A stretch of 62,677 nt of DNA, filler included. It is 9 parts of 9 records of this genome, joined end to end, with 100 filler letters (N's around TTAATTAATTAA, not from the genome) between each part and the next. Parts side by side here need not be neighbours in the genome. Positions count along the whole stretch, not along the records: positions 1 to 15,890 come from SRR15195285_1343; 8 more parts are not named here. One strand, written 5' to 3'. Below the pieces are notes generated by a model, which was not told where the DNA came from, made no database searches, and saw only the letters and a list, made by a program, of their open reading frames with translations. The position numbers and the translations under genes are program-made. This document shows positions 1 through 14,300 of this stretch, piece after piece; position 1 is the stretch's first letter, and each line of letters opens with the position of its first letter.

Positions 1-58
1 CCAGTCATTTGTATGGCGGGAAAAAGCGGACTTGTTGAACCCAGTCATTTGTATGGCG
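1..58. repeat. Two copies of an 18-bp direct repeat (CCAGTCATTTGTATGGCG) with 40-bp period
   Basis: Identical 18-mers at 1-18 and 41-58; the array may continue left of the window. Confidence 0.8.
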
Positions 59-174
59 AGAAGATCATTGTGGTGGTGTTGTACTGGCGTTGTGCTGACT
101 GGCTGGGATGCTGACGCTGTTGCTGTTGCTGCTGTGCAGTGTCCACAGTCGCCGCCGCCGCCAGCTGTGCCGCG

Positions 175-1740
175 ATGGCCTTCCTCAACCGCGACCTGTC
201 GGACGATCTGCTGCCGTTCAGCGGGAAGCTCTCAGAGCGCTTCTATGAGGTCCGAGAGAACGTGGCGAGCTTCTGCGAAGGTGTGTTTCTCTCGCGCCTC
301 TTTTCTCTCGCCAGACGCGATGATCTTCCAGTTAGTCCCAGCCACCCCCGCGTCATAAGCTGCTGGAGGGAGCGATTCCTGCAAGCTTCTTTCCCGCACG
401 CTGTGCGTTGGTGTGGCTCTGCGTGAGTGTATAGCTCACGCTTCGACGCGACTGCGCACGCAGACATCAAGGCGATCGAAGGCGAGGAAAACGGCGGCGC
501 CAACGGCGGCAAGCCTGGCACGTACTACGTCACATCCGAGAAGTCCGCGCGGCTCAAGGATATCGCGCGCGAGCGCGGCCTGTGGAACTTCTTCCTTCCC
601 GAGGTCTCGGGCATCACGGTGATGGAGTACTCCCCGATCGCCGAAATGTTGGGCGCGACGAATGGCTCGCACTACATGAATTGCTCCGCCCCGGACACCG
701 GCAACATGGAGGTCCTCGCGAAGTTCGGCAACGCCGAGCAGAAGAAGCAGTGGCTGGAGCCGCTGCTTAACCAGGAGATCCGTTCCGCCTTCGCGATGAC
801 CGAGCCGGGCGTCGCCTCCTCCGACGCACAGAACATCAGCTCTTCCATCGTCCGCGACGGCGACGAGTACGTCCTGAACGGCCACAAGTGGTACATCAGC
901 GGGGCCATGCGCAAGACATGCAAGGTCTTCGTCTTCCTCGGCAAAACTCCAAACCCAGCTATGAAGAGCCACGAGCAGCAATCCATGATCCTCTGCCCCT
1001 GCTGGAACGCTGAGGGCACCGAAACCTACCCTGGTGTCACCCTGCTGCGTGGCATGGGCGTTTTTGGCCACCCAGGTGACCACGCTGAAATCATTTTCGA
1101 CGACGTTCGCGTTCCGGCGGGCAACATGATCCTCGGCGAAGGCCGCGGGTTCGAAATCGCTCAGGGCCGTCTCGGTCCAGGACGCATCCACCACTGCATG
1201 CGATCGATTGGCTCGGCAGAGATGGCCCTGTCCGCCATCATCTTCCGCATCCGCAACCGCTTCGCGTTCGGCTCCATGCTTGAGGAGAAGGACTCGATCC
1301 GGCAAGTCATTGCGGAAGCACGCATTCAGCTCACGATGTGCCGGTCCCTCTGCTACCTCGCCGCCGTGATCGCCGACGAGCGCGGCTTCAAGGACGCGAA
1401 GAAGTACATCGCCATGATCAAAGTCGACGCGCCGCGCATGGCTCTAAAGATCATCGATGACGCGATGCAGGTGCACGGCGCTCACGGTGTGAGCCAGGAC
1501 TCCGAGCTCAGCAGCATGTACTCGCACATGCGCACGCTCCGCGTGGCTGACGGACCCGATATTGTCCACATGAACACAATCGTCAAGGAGGAGCTCAAGT
1601 CACCGCTCAATCCAATGGCCGCCAAGGTGAGTGGCGTCAACCCGAACATCCACAAGTACAAGAAGGCCGTGCTGCCCCACGGCTACTTCGACGACTATTT
1701 CGCCATGGAGGATGTTAGCCAGGATGCTGCCAAGCTCTAG
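175..1740 (+). CDS. Acyl-CoA dehydrogenase, ACAD10/11 (IBR3 C-terminal)-like, with C-terminal PTS1 (-AKL); 2 exons
   Basis: ATG at 175; GT-AG intron 281-463 (CTCAC branch-like site at 435) joins MAFLNRDL...SFCE to DIKAIEG in frame. Motifs GLWNFFLP, NCSAPDTGNMEVL, RSAFAMTEPGVASSDA, AQGRLGPGRIHHCMR, RVADGPD. Confidence 0.92.
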
Positions 1741-2371
1741 CTGTGGCTCTCAGAGGCTGTTGCTGCGCGCCCCTGTCGTTGATTACATGCGCCTGCATGC
1801 GAAGCAGGCCGTCTGGCACCATTTGCTTTTCAATAATGCTGTATTGCAGGCGCAAATCCTGTGTGTCTGGTCCGTCCACGCCCAGCCGGCAGTCTCTCTA
1901 GCTCCCGCTCGCGCGTGCGCGCGCTCCGTCCCACCCTCCCCTCTGAGGAATCTAGGCGTCCAGTATGAATCTCAGACTCGGACTTAAAAGGACCGCCTCC
2001 TCGTGTACGCACCCATTGGGACCCTTAAAACAGCAGTATACACACTTGGCAGAGTATTGCAGCTGTCATGCGTGCAGTCGACACAGCAATGTCAGGTAAC
2101 GGCACAGGATGCATGGGTGCTGAGCGTACTCTTGAGAGTGGTACGTGTCAATCTTGTACTTTACCATGAACCCTTCCTTTGAAGAACCGTGTACGTACCG
2201 GTACAGTAAAAACTCGACAAGACCCGATATTAAAATAAAATTCATTCGAGATCACAAAAGAGAGGGAGAGTTTACCCCGTCCTCTATTACGTGGCAGGTG
2301 GTTCTGTTGACGCCGCTGCTATGACTAATTCTAGCGAGTGTTGACAAGACACTTGCCCGGGTTCCTCACGT

Positions 2372-5300
2372 CTATGTCGCGAGCGCGGTGAACATCGCCG
2401 CTCCTCTACAGATCCAGTGATCCGGTGGCTTGTCCGACGGCGTTCTACAGTCCATCACGAAGTTCGTCGAGTGTCCGGACGTCATGAGCACGCCTCGTCG
2501 ATCAAGCGTCTTGTAGAGTGGGCAGTTGTAGTTCGGGTACTCTTCTACCTTGTCGACCTGACAGGGGCGGAGCAGACCGACCGGCATCTCATCGTAGAGA
2601 GTCTTCGGGAAGCTCTCGTCCATCAGCATTGTCTCGCGGTTGAAGCGCGCGCCCTCCATCTTCAGTCCATAGACGTAAGCGCCGTTTTCTGGCTTTGGCC
2701 AGTTCTTGTCCTCGAGGCCCTCCTTCTGGAAGATGTACTCGAGGGTGCAGGAGTCGATCGGGTAGACGTACTTCCTCGCAAAGTTCTGCAGAGTGCCGGT
2801 CATGAAGGACGGCTGGAAGAAGAATCCAGAGAACCAGAAGCATGTCGGCGCACCGTTGTCGATCCAGTTTTGGAAGAACTCCAGTCGTTCGTACAGGTCA
2901 GTCATGTACGACCCAAGTGGCTTGAGATTCGGGTATGAGACGCCGGCCCACATTCCAGGCACCAAACCGATCGCCAACGCCGCAGCGACTGCATCGAGTT
3001 CGGCGGACATGACGACCAAGCCGACCATGGCGAGCTTCAGCTGCTTGAGTGAAGCGCGGATGGTCGAGGTGAGCTTGACGAAGCGGATGAGCTCCTGCTT
3101 CAGCACGGTGTTCATCGACTCCATGGGGTCTGTCGGGTACTTAATCCCGGCCTTCTCCTGATCAAAGTCCGCCGGCAGCTTGTCCAAAACGTCATCTGCG
3201 ATCTTCTTGAGTAGCTCCTCGTCACCACCGCCGCCACCACCCCCACCACCAGAGCGAGTCGCGATGATGGAGCTAAAGAGTAGTGTCGTCTCGTTCTGAT
3301 CCTTGGTCAAATTGGCGTTCTCGTGTAAGCCGAAGATCTCAGGCGGCTGCTGGATGGGCAAGCTCTGGATGTATTCGATCACCGAGCCGATCGGTCCGAG
3401 CTTGGGCGCATAGTACACGCCGTTTGGTGAGAACGTGTAGGAGTCCTCTAAGATGTCCGGCGTGTACATTCTATTGAGGTACGCAAGCAGCACAGGGCGA
3501 TCATGTCCGTCAGTCACGCGCCCACCGTAGTTGCATTCGCCAGCGGTGTAACTCAGCGCGGTGAACGGTGTCTCGTCGTACTCGTTCAGGAACATCTGCA
3601 GCTGCTGAATCGAGATCCGCTGGTCAGACTCATTGAAGCCGTAAGGGATGTTCCAGCCAAGCGGTCCGAACTTCCTTCGCTCCTGAATCTGCGCGTGGAA
3701 GAAGCAGAGGCCGAAGAGCATCTTGTGAAACTCAAGCTGCTTGTTCGCAGAAATGTCGTTGTAGAACGTTTCGTCAGAGATCGGATCGGATAGGTAGCTG
3801 CGCATCATGTTGGCCTTGATCCCAGCCGGCGGCTCCTGCGTCATCTTGAGACCGTTCTGCAGCAGCGCCACGGGAAACACCGGCGATGGGTAGCTTGTAC
3901 ACCATGTCCGGAATTCAGAGTGGCAATTGTCCACGGTGAACGTCTCAACCAGCAGCTCGTACTCCGGCATGAATGACTCCGCGAGGTGGCAGTTCTGCAG
4001 CACGACCCACGTGCCGTTCTTCCTCGCGTCATTAATCAGCTGGAACGCACGCGGCCCTTGACCTTGCCCGAGCGAAATGGCCTGCAACTTATCGCCGCCC
4101 ATGTTCTTCTCATCCGCGAACTTCATCAGCGCGGAGAAGGGATCGGAGCCAGTCGCCAAAACGAAGATCAGCGGCGCGAGGCATGTCGAGTCGTTGTAGC
4201 ACTCCTTCAGGTCAAAGGGCGGAAACTCCACGTACTTGGTACCCATCTCGTGGCCGACGTAAGCTTGGATCGCCGGCACGCACTTGTCCGGTCGGACGCA
4301 GCGCAGCACCAGGATCTTCTGGAACTGCGAGAGCTTTGAGTCCCACTGGCCCGGCAGCTTCTCCTCATGGGGCATGGCGGAGTCGTAAATCGACTTCCAG
4401 TCTGCCATCTGGCTGGCGAAGCCAGTGTTGAGGCCGTCAAATGCTGGCAAGTCGCCGAGCCTGCAAATCTGGTCCCATCGGTCATCAGCGAGCCATGCCT
4501 TGCATGGGTTGCGCTGCGTGTTTGGGGCGAGTGAAACACCACCTGTCAGCAGGAACTGGTACTCCTCCATGTTCATCTGCGCTTGCCCCTCCAGGATCGC
4601 CACGCATAGCGTGAACGAGAACAGCAGCTTGTCCTTCTCGAACAGCGAGCGGCAGACGTTGGAGAAGAGTGCGTAGGTGAAGTAGTCCTCGAGGATCTTC
4701 AGCCGCGTCGGCACGTCCGCGTTCGGTTTCGAGTTCCGACAGCTGTTCTCAAATAGCAGCACGAACCAGTCGAGCGAGTACTGGTACATCGGGTCAATGA
4801 TACACAGGTCAGAAATATTAAAGAAGAGGATCGAGGCGTGGAACGCGATCGGGCGGTACGTCTCGCGGACCATGTCAATGTTCTTCTCAGTCTCAACGCC
4901 GACCGCCTGTTTCGCCTCGATCTCGTTCGCAACCACCTTCGAGCTCGACATTATTTGGATGCCCTCCTCGTCCTCCAGAATATTGCCCTCTGCAGACAGG
5001 ATCTCGAGGATCTTGTCTTCAATCTCACTGAGCTTACGCGTGTTCGCCGCGCCCTCAAGCACCAGCTCTTCCTTCTGCTGTTGCAGATCTGGCCGTTCGA
5101 GTGCCACCGTCTTTCCTAAGATCTGATCCTCCAGACCCTCCGGTGTGATCATGAAGTTCACCATGGAGACCTTGACAGCAGTCTCTGGTGCGTAGTGCGG
5201 ATTGCGTAGCTTCGTCGAGATGTAAAAGCGGAAGTCATCTGAGTACGGGATCACCGCATCGCCGAGCTTCATGCACATCTCTGCACCCTGCTTGAAGACC

Positions 5301-8300
5301 TGACGGAGTAGCAGTGGCTCAAGAGATGGGTCGAGCGTCTCCTGGATATCCTCGAGCAACACGGGCGTGCCGAACTGAATTGAGCTCTCCAGTGTGCGCA
5401 GGAACTCGCCGGAGAGCTTGACGCGGTCCAGTTTGTTGTCAGCCTCCATGTTGCGCACCCACTTGTTTCCCTGCTCCTGTGGATCAATCATCAACGGCCA
5501 GCGCTTGCCAATGTCAACGATGATGCCGTTCTCAACTGAGAAGTCGTCAGCTGGCAGCCCCTGAATCGTCCAGTCACGGATGAGGATCGGGTTACCGAGA
5601 GTCGCGATGAGCGAGAACACTTCGGAGCGCGGAATGTTAAGCTCGCCCGCCATGCGGATCCAGTCAGCCTTGATCTCCTCTCGGAAAACCTTCGTGAAGG
5701 GTCCGACGTACGCGACCATACCCGCCGCCACGAGCACATCACCGGTCACGTTGGTGAGCTTCTCACTCATGATCTCTGCGGCCTCAGTCCATCGCGTCTT
5801 CTCGCCACCAAGCGAGATAATCAGCTTCTCTGCGCGGTCGAGCTTCTTCTCGCACATATCAACCTGGAACTCGAGGTCCGCCTGCTTCTTCTTCAAGCCG
5901 TCAAAGGTCGCCTGGAGCCCTGCGAGCTTGTCAAGCACCTCCTTCAGCTGCGCCTGCTTGACAGAGAGCGTGGCCATGACAGCGGCCAGATCTTCCTCCG
6001 CCTTGGCCAGCAGCGCCTTCTTCGGCGCTACCACCTTGGCCACACGATCGTAGCTGCTGATCGCGTGCGTCCAGCAGCACAAACCGTAGGCGGCCGTCGA
6101 TGCCTTCTTGACACGTTCCTGCTGGAAATCCTCATCCTCGAGGTATTTCTCACGAATGACCTTGATGATCTTCTCGCTGACATTGTCCTTATCGTAATCC
6201 TTGAGTGACTGAATGAAGCCATCTTTCATCATTAGCTTCTTTCCGGGCTCAACAAAGTCCGGGATCTTCTTGCCAGGCTTGTCCGGGTCATCAACCATCT
6301 TCGGCTTGACGCCCATCATCGTACACACAGCTGCCAGGGTGAGCTTAACCGGAGCGGTTGGGTTGCCCATCTTCTTCACCTCGTCAATGTCCTTCTTCTG
6401 CAGCGTGTCGAGTGCGGCCATTGCGGCGTTGAGCACCGGGATGGCCTCCGCAAGATCAGCCTCGCAGTCGTCCTTAACAGCCTTGACCTCCGCTGCCGTC
6501 GCACTCGCGGAAGCCTCATCGGCCTCAACGACAACCTTAACTTTCATCGCCTCCTCAGTTTCACGCTCAATCACGACCATCATCTCTGCGGTTTCCTCTT
6601 GAGCGACCACCAGCTTCGGTTGCAAGTCGATTAGCTCCTGCTTCATGACCGCGACGCTCGCTTCGGTCTCTGCGATGGCGACCAAACCGTTCTCGTACCG
6701 CATCTTCCTCTTCTTGACTTCGTCACTTTTGTCGCCGAGCAATCCCTTGAACGCGCCGATAAGCTCGAGGTACGAGGTCGGCGTAGTGTAGACCGTGCGG
6801 TTCAGGGTACCCAAGAACTTTTCGGCCAAAGTCTTGATGCTGGAATGGAAATATTTGCACATGTCCACACATCCCTCCTTGACGTCTGCTTCGAGCGGCA
6901 GCGGCGCCAGTGCATTGCGCGCCACCGTGGTCAAGCCTTCCTCCGGCCAGTCCTGGAACCAGTCGATGGTGCAGCAGTTGATCAGCGAGGGGAACATACG
7001 CAAACGTGTGCGAAACGCGGAGCCGATGGGGCTGAAGGCAAGGACCACGTGCAAGTTCTTGCGGCAAAGCGCCACGAAGTACGTCATGTGCTCCGCCATG
7101 CTACCCCCAAGCTTCACACCATTCGACTTAGCCTGCGCAGCGACAAGCTCCATGATGATCGCCTTTTCATCGTTCGCCCACAGGTTCGGGACCTCACCGG
7201 CGTTGAGGAGGTTGTTGATATCCTCGACCATCGCCTCCTCCTGGATCTGCGAGTCGGTGAACAGAAATACGGTCGACTTGCCCTGGCCTCCAGCACTCAT
7301 GAGCACTCGCTTGATGTCGTCCATCCACTCATTGCGGCCGTAGTTTTTCGAGATCTCGATCTGAATTACATCAGCCTCTTGGATGTGCGCAGCGAGCCGC
7401 GTCAAGCTCTGACGTCCACTTCCACCGACGCCGACAAGCAAAGCATTACCTCCCTCCATAGAGAGGACCCGTGAGATCTTTGAGACATGTTGGATACAGT
7501 AGTTGAACAGCACTAGCGGCAGCGGTGATTTGCTGACGCTGTTGTAGTCCGCAAGGTACTCCTCGACCGTGGTCTGCAGCGCCTGACTATCCATCACTTC
7601 ATCGTACACCCTTTTGTCAGGGTTGGCGTAGTTGCCGAACATCATCTGCTCCATCTCCTCTACGTCTATCTCACCATCCGCGTTCATATCGAGATGCACG
7701 AAGATCTTGTCCATATTCTTTCCGTATTCCTTGTTTAGCGCCTCCTTGCAGGCGTTGTAGAACCAGGCCCCGTCTTGAGCGTCCGTCAAGCGGTCGTAGA
7801 ACACGCGGTAGACCTCATGAATCCAAAGCCGGATGCATTTCTCGGCGTTGTCAATCTGATCAGGCTTGGCCATGCAGATACCACCGTGTACACGCGCGAA
7901 GTCGCGCAGGTTGAAAGTGTAGTGGCTCTTGGTCGGTGTCGGCAACATGTTTTCGATGATGCTCTTGTAGATCGACAGCGTTGCCTTAACCATCTTCGGC
8001 GCGAGCTTGGCCACCTCGTCCGAAAACGAATTCGCAGTCGTGAAGTACCACGTCTGAAGCGTCTCAAAGATCCTGATCATCGTTGTGTCGTCAAACTCCG
8101 TGACAGAGATATGGTTATAGTGGCGCAGATAGCGCTCGGTGACGAAGCTCTTGCCGCCGCCAGGCGGTCCCATCGCTGCAACGAACTGGATATCGACGAG
8201 CTTCCGGAAGCTTGTCTCCTTGCGGTCGTACCACCCCTCGTGGTCCATGTACTGGCGCAGGATCTCGATCGGAGGCTGCGCGCCGTACTCCTCGACCATT

Positions 8301-11300
8301 GGCATGTTAAGATCGTCTACGAAGATGATCATCTTCTTGCCCAGCGGTGGACCAAAGATCCCCTTCCTGCGTTTGTCCAGCTTGCCGTCGATGATGTCCT
8401 GCGTCTGATTGGCGCTCGTCTGTGCCGAGAACGTTACTACGAGGTTGTCGTAGACCTCAGGGAAGCCGTTCGCGAGCTTCGTCATCGTGTACACCGACTT
8501 GCCCGTGCCAGTTGGTCCGACAAAAAGCACAGGGAAGTTGTGCGTCTGTAGGATTTCGAGTAGGTACGCATAGCGAGCTGTATCGACTGTGGGCACGATG
8601 ATCGAGGCGAACTTGGCGTCCTTGTCAATCTGCGGCTTGGCGTCAATCCGGTCAGTCCATGGCTGCCACTTGCAGCTGTCCTCGTTTACAAGGGGCACAT
8701 ACTCGTAGATGGTGCCCTTGTCCGGGAATGGGTTTTGGATCTTGCGCCCAGCTGGGATACCTGTGTCATACTCCTGTAGAGTTTGCGGGTTGAGCACTTT
8801 CTCGTTGATTTTGCCCGACGTCAGATTGCGGAAGTACTCGTCGAACTTCTCCCGACCCTCAAGGTCCACGCTCGCGCCAATAGACCACGTGAGCGCGAAG
8901 AGGAAGGAGGTCTCAATCAGTGCGTAAGCCTTCTTGTCATCGAACCACTCGGGCAGGGGCAACGCATTTCCCTCTTCATCCTTGGCGCAAAAGACGTCGT
9001 GCATGCTGTCCAGCAGATGACACATCGACTGAACAAGATTTTGGTCGATTGTCGGCGACACCTCCTTGCAGTTCCTGCGCTGGAAGTCCAAGGCGGGATA
9101 GAGCAGCCAATCGAAGAGGTCTTGCAGTAGCTGCTTGAGCTCGGCTGACATGCTGTCCGGCCGGATATTCATCCACGACGCGACCAGCGGGTCGGTGCCA
9201 AGCTCCTCGGGCTCGACATAGACCATACCACAGCGGCTGACAGTGGCGGGCGACGCCACAGCGAGGTCGCGAACTTCGAAGATCATGTTCATCACGCCGG
9301 ACATCTGAACAATCTCTCCAGAGTTGAGACAGAGCTTCTTGTTGTCGTCGAGCACAGTGTTCATGTTCTCGATCCAGATCGCATCAACAGGTCCGTCAAG
9401 GACCACCCACTTGCGGTCGTTATCCTTCCCCTCGTAGAAGCCAGTGCAGTTCGCTGCAGCACGGAACGAATTAGCCAGAACACCGTCCTGCCACTCCTGT
9501 GAGACTGGGTCAGCGACACCGTAGAGCTGCGTCATTTTGACAGACTTTGGGTTGAGGTTGATCAGATGTGTAATGTTTTCATCGTTCTGCCCCTTGCTAT
9601 GCAACTCCGTGACGGCTTGCGACAGGGTGCGGAGCATCGACGTCTTGGTGCCGTACGGCCTCCCCACAATCATGAGGCCGTGGCGACAGACAATCATCTC
9701 GTACAGCTGCAGACACTTGTTGTGGAAGAAGTCAGTGAACTGCAGATTGAGGATTTTCGCCTGATTGATCAGGCAAATGTCGAGGTTCACGTAGTCTGGC
9801 GCCGGCAGCACAATCCCGGGGAACAAGTCACCCGTAATGCCGTTGAAAAGCGGTACATCAAACGACAGGAACTTGCAGAGGTTGACGTCGATAATGGAGC
9901 GCAGCACGAGGATGGACTCGTCCTCCTCCGGGTAGCGCTGCTTCAGGTTCGCCGCAGCGGTCAGCACAGCCTTCACCGCGCGCATACCGTAATCGTAGTG
10001 ACCCTGAGACGAGAGCTGCTCAGAGCAGAGCTTGTAGGTGGTGGTGATTTTGACTGCCATCGCTGGGGCTTCAAGGTATCCGCACGACATGAGCTGAATC
10101 TGCGCGATCATCGTGTAATTGGGGACCATCATTGCCACCGTGCGAAACAGCACCTTGAGGTTGTCTGGCAGCTCGGAGCGCCCTGCATAACCCGGGTTCA
10201 TCGTAATGAACGGGCAGCAGGTCGGGTCCAGCGGAAGCAGAGTTCCTTCAAAGTCGAACTCTTCGAGGTTTGCTGAGATTGCACGGATAATGCAAAGCAA
10301 CTGCGCAGCGACGACGGACAGCACCTCAAGGTTGATACGGTTGAACTCGTCGAAACAACACCACGCGCCGGACGCTCCCAGGCCCTTGAAGAACTTCGCC
10401 ATCGCGATGTAGTCGAGACCATCGGAGCAGTTGAACACAACGCACTGCTTGGCAATAGCCTTGGCGAGATCCTTTGTGGTCTCGGTCTTACCCGTTCCGG
10501 CCGGACCCTCAGGCGCTCCACCAAAGTGAAGATGCAAGGCTCCGGTCAGTGTACGGTAGCAGCGATCCGTAAGCGGGGTCACCACAAGGCGGAACGAGTT
10601 GCCAAGATACTCGTAACCGTAGTTAAGGACGGCATTGATCATGAGACACTTGAGCTGCTCGTTGTCACCCATGCCCTTCACGCCGCCGTTGCCGGTTTCA
10701 ACGCGGAAACGGAGCTGCGACGTCCAGTTGAAGTCGTTCTTGTCGTTGATATCCAATTTCGACAGCTCCAGCAGCACGTCCTTCTGGTGCACGTCCAGCG
10801 TCACCAGCGCGCCCAGGATCTCACGCTGAGTCTTCGTCAGTTTGCCGCGCACCAGGTTCACGATATCGTTGAGCTGCTGGATGCATTTCTGAGCATACTC
10901 ACCCAGCCCCTTCGAACCTCCGGCATCAATCGCTTCCTCCGCCTCAAGCGACCAGTACAGACCGGTGACAGACAGCACGACCTGCCCGATGCTGTTAGCA
11001 CAGAAATCAATACGCGGAATCTCAGTGTACACCGGAATCCCGGCGTTGATCACGGTCTTGACACTCTCCTTCATCGTCTGCTCAACTTCAAGCAGCCACT
11101 TCTCGACGGAGCCCTTGGCGTCCGCCGGCTTGATGATCTTGACGAATTCGACCAGCTCCTTACCGCGGTCCATCATGCCAGATATCTGCGTGCATTTGTC
11201 ATCCATCTCGAGCCTCTGCAGACCTTCAAAGCACTTCTTGAGATGAGGCTGTACGCGCGAGGGATCCTTCGTCTCAGACAGGATCTCGAGCAGCTCCTCG

Positions 11301-14300
11301 TTCGACAGGAAAAAGAAGCGTGCAAAGTACAGGCGCTTCGTCTCGAGATAGTCCGCCAGCCCCTTTGAGACCGTGTCGAGGAGGTCGCATGCCTCTGTGA
11401 GCATTTTCATAATGCCGTCGATCTTGATCACGGCAAGAACCTTCGGGTCAACGTTGCCAGCCGTGATGATTTTTTTCCAGTTCTTGTCGACTGTCTTGAA
11501 CATAGCGCCTTCCGTGGGCATCTGCTTCATGATGTCCTCGGAGCCGAAGATCGGTTCCAGGTACATCCAAGTCACTTGCACCTTCAGCCAGTAGTCAAAG
11601 ACGTCTTGGATTAGCAAAACGGTTTTCTCCCACTCGAGGCAGTCGTCCAAAAAAGGCTCGATGTAAGAGTTCGACTTCATTGTCTGCGTCTTGACGATGT
11701 GGTCGTCAAGAATCATCTGAATCTCCTCGAGGTTGCCCATAATGGACCACTCCGTGTCGCGGTACTGAGTGAACGGGCAGTCCAGAGGGGTCCACTCCGC
11801 ACGCATCGATGCAAGTGACTTCTCTAGATTGTACTCCTTGCCTGCAGCGAAGGAGATTTCTTCGAACTCCTTGAGGAACGGCTCAAGCCGCTGTTCCGCA
11901 ATGCGATTCAGCGTAGTGAACTCGTCTGGCTTGATAGAGTAGCCGACAACCTCACCCATCTTGTCCCAGTGCCTGTCGCGCAGGCCAGGGTGCGCCAAGA
12001 ACTCGATGAGCGGCACCCTTTCGTTAAACTCGTTCACCTTCTCAGTTACACCCTCAGCCACCTCCTTCAGTGCTGGCAACCCGTTCTCGCCTCCGAACAT
12101 TCGCGTCAGCGACTTCATGTCTCGGAAAGTCTGGTCAACCTCGTCCTTGATTTTCTCTGCCTGAAGCTTCTGGAAGGAACCAGTGTTCCAATGGTTGAGA
12201 TTTATCAAGAAATCCTGTGTCAGGTTCCAGAGCTTCGCAATGGGCGCGAGGTCCTGGCCTCCCTCCACAATGTCCGTGAACGTGGTCTTGACCCAGCCGA
12301 GGTGCTCCTCCTCCTCATTCATCGCGATGCCCTTGTCTATCGCCGCGTCAAACCTCTCGCGGATATCCGTGCACTTCTCAACCTGCTGCTTAACCACCTT
12401 GAGTTCGAGCGGCGCGCAGCCCTCCTCGCGAAGAGCAAGAACCTCGTCGTGCAAAGCTGACATTTCCTCCTGGAACTTCTCGAGGCGGTTGCGCAGGTCT
12501 TCTTCAAACTTGTCGCGGTCGTCGCGCAGTTTGTCTTCCGTCTTCTCGAACTCTGGCATAATACGGTCCACCCAGGTGTACGTCTGATGGATGAGGGCGC
12601 GGTCGTCGTCGGGCAGAATGTGGTGGTTCTTAAGCAGGAAGTCCAGACGCTCCCAAGAGCGGCGGCAGTCGAGCTGAAGCTTTGGGACGTCGTTCTTCCG
12701 GTAGGACTCGGCCATAGCCATGAAGTCGACGAGTTGCTCAGTGTCTTCGGGGACTTCGCGCAGCTGCTTGCGGATGTTGAGGAACTGCTGGCAAATGATA
12801 TCATTTTGCTTGCGGTTGTCCGTCGCCATCTGTTCGAGAATCTTGTCAGCTAGCATGCTGGCTTTCTTCTGAATTGTCTCGTTTATCTCGACGCAGTGAA
12901 CCTCAACGAGGGTTAGGTGGCATGCCTGATCTTTGCCCGGGAAACCAACCTTGGCGGCAGCCGTAGCAGCAGCTTCACGGAGTTTCTTAATCTCGCCTTC
13001 GTAGTCCGCGAGCTGGCGCGGCTTGGACAGCAATGTCTCAACGCTGCGGTCCGCCTCACCATTCAGTAGGAACTCGAACTCAGCGTACTGTTCCACCAAC
13101 GCATTTGGCGCCGTGACGTTCTCCTGAATGACCTGCCGAATGCTGCTCCGAGCGGTCTCGACCCAGGCTTCTTCAGGCTTGACCGACGGGATGCAGAGGC
13201 GCCCCTTGGTCGAGGAGAAGAGTTTTGACTCAACGCGCGGGACGTCCGACAGGCACAAGACCAGCCGGTCGAAGAGGTCGAGTACAGTACGCTCGATCTC
13301 AACGAACGAAGGACTCAGCTCGACGGCACCGTTCTGGTAGACGATGCTGGCGCGCAATGCTGCCTTCGGAATCAGCTGGCTCTCCAGCGTGCCCGAATGA
13401 GCAGCCTCGCCAGCCACCTCCACCTCGTCGGCGCTAATTGGCCCTGCCTGCTTCCCGTTCAACGTGAAGCGAGCAAAAAATGCCACCATTTGATCTATGG
13501 ACGTGGTTGTGAGACTGCGGAGCTGGTTGGCCATCAGACACGACACGCTCTCGAAGAAGCGCTCGAGGTCGTTCTTTGCGGGCCCGTCCATAAAAGCTGA
13601 GCGGTTGTTGTGGAAACGTTCGACCAGCTCGCCAAACCACTCGTCCGTCAGCGTCTTCTTGACACGCTCGCGCTGCTCCGTCAGCATCTTGCGGAAACTT
13701 TCCAGCTCAACCGGCAGGCCTGCCGCAGCCTCAGGCGCGAGCGTCCCACCATTGTCCGCGACCAGCGACAGGCCCTCGTATTGCACCCAGACATCTAGCA
13801 CCTCCACCATCGCTACGTTGCACGTGTGAAGCGTACCGACCATGTGGTCCGATACCGCGAAGAAGGACTCGCGCCACTCCGATGAATCGATGGGCGGGCG
13901 CTTGACCTTCTCTGCCTCGGTGGGCGGGATAGCACGCACGCCCAGACGCTCCTTCTCGGCAGGGCGGCGTAACACGTAGTCGACCACGGCCTTGCGCATG
14001 CTCAGCAGGTAGTCCGTCTCGATCTCAGTCGCCAGCCGGTCCACCAGCGCAGCGTCCGACTCAGCGGTGTGCGCGAGCCAGATCGGCAGCGAGCCCATCA
14101 CCGTGTTGAGCCACTCCTGCTTGATGGGTGCCGTCTCCCGATCATCCATTCCGTTCATGATGTAGCTATAGTAGCGATCCATCTCGTCATCACCCATCTC
14201 CCCCGCGTCCACGTCCGACATCTCGTCGGGCGGCGACTGCCGGTCCAGGGACAGGGACACGTCGGGCCGCGGCCGCGGTATCGGGCTCGCCTGCCCGGCG

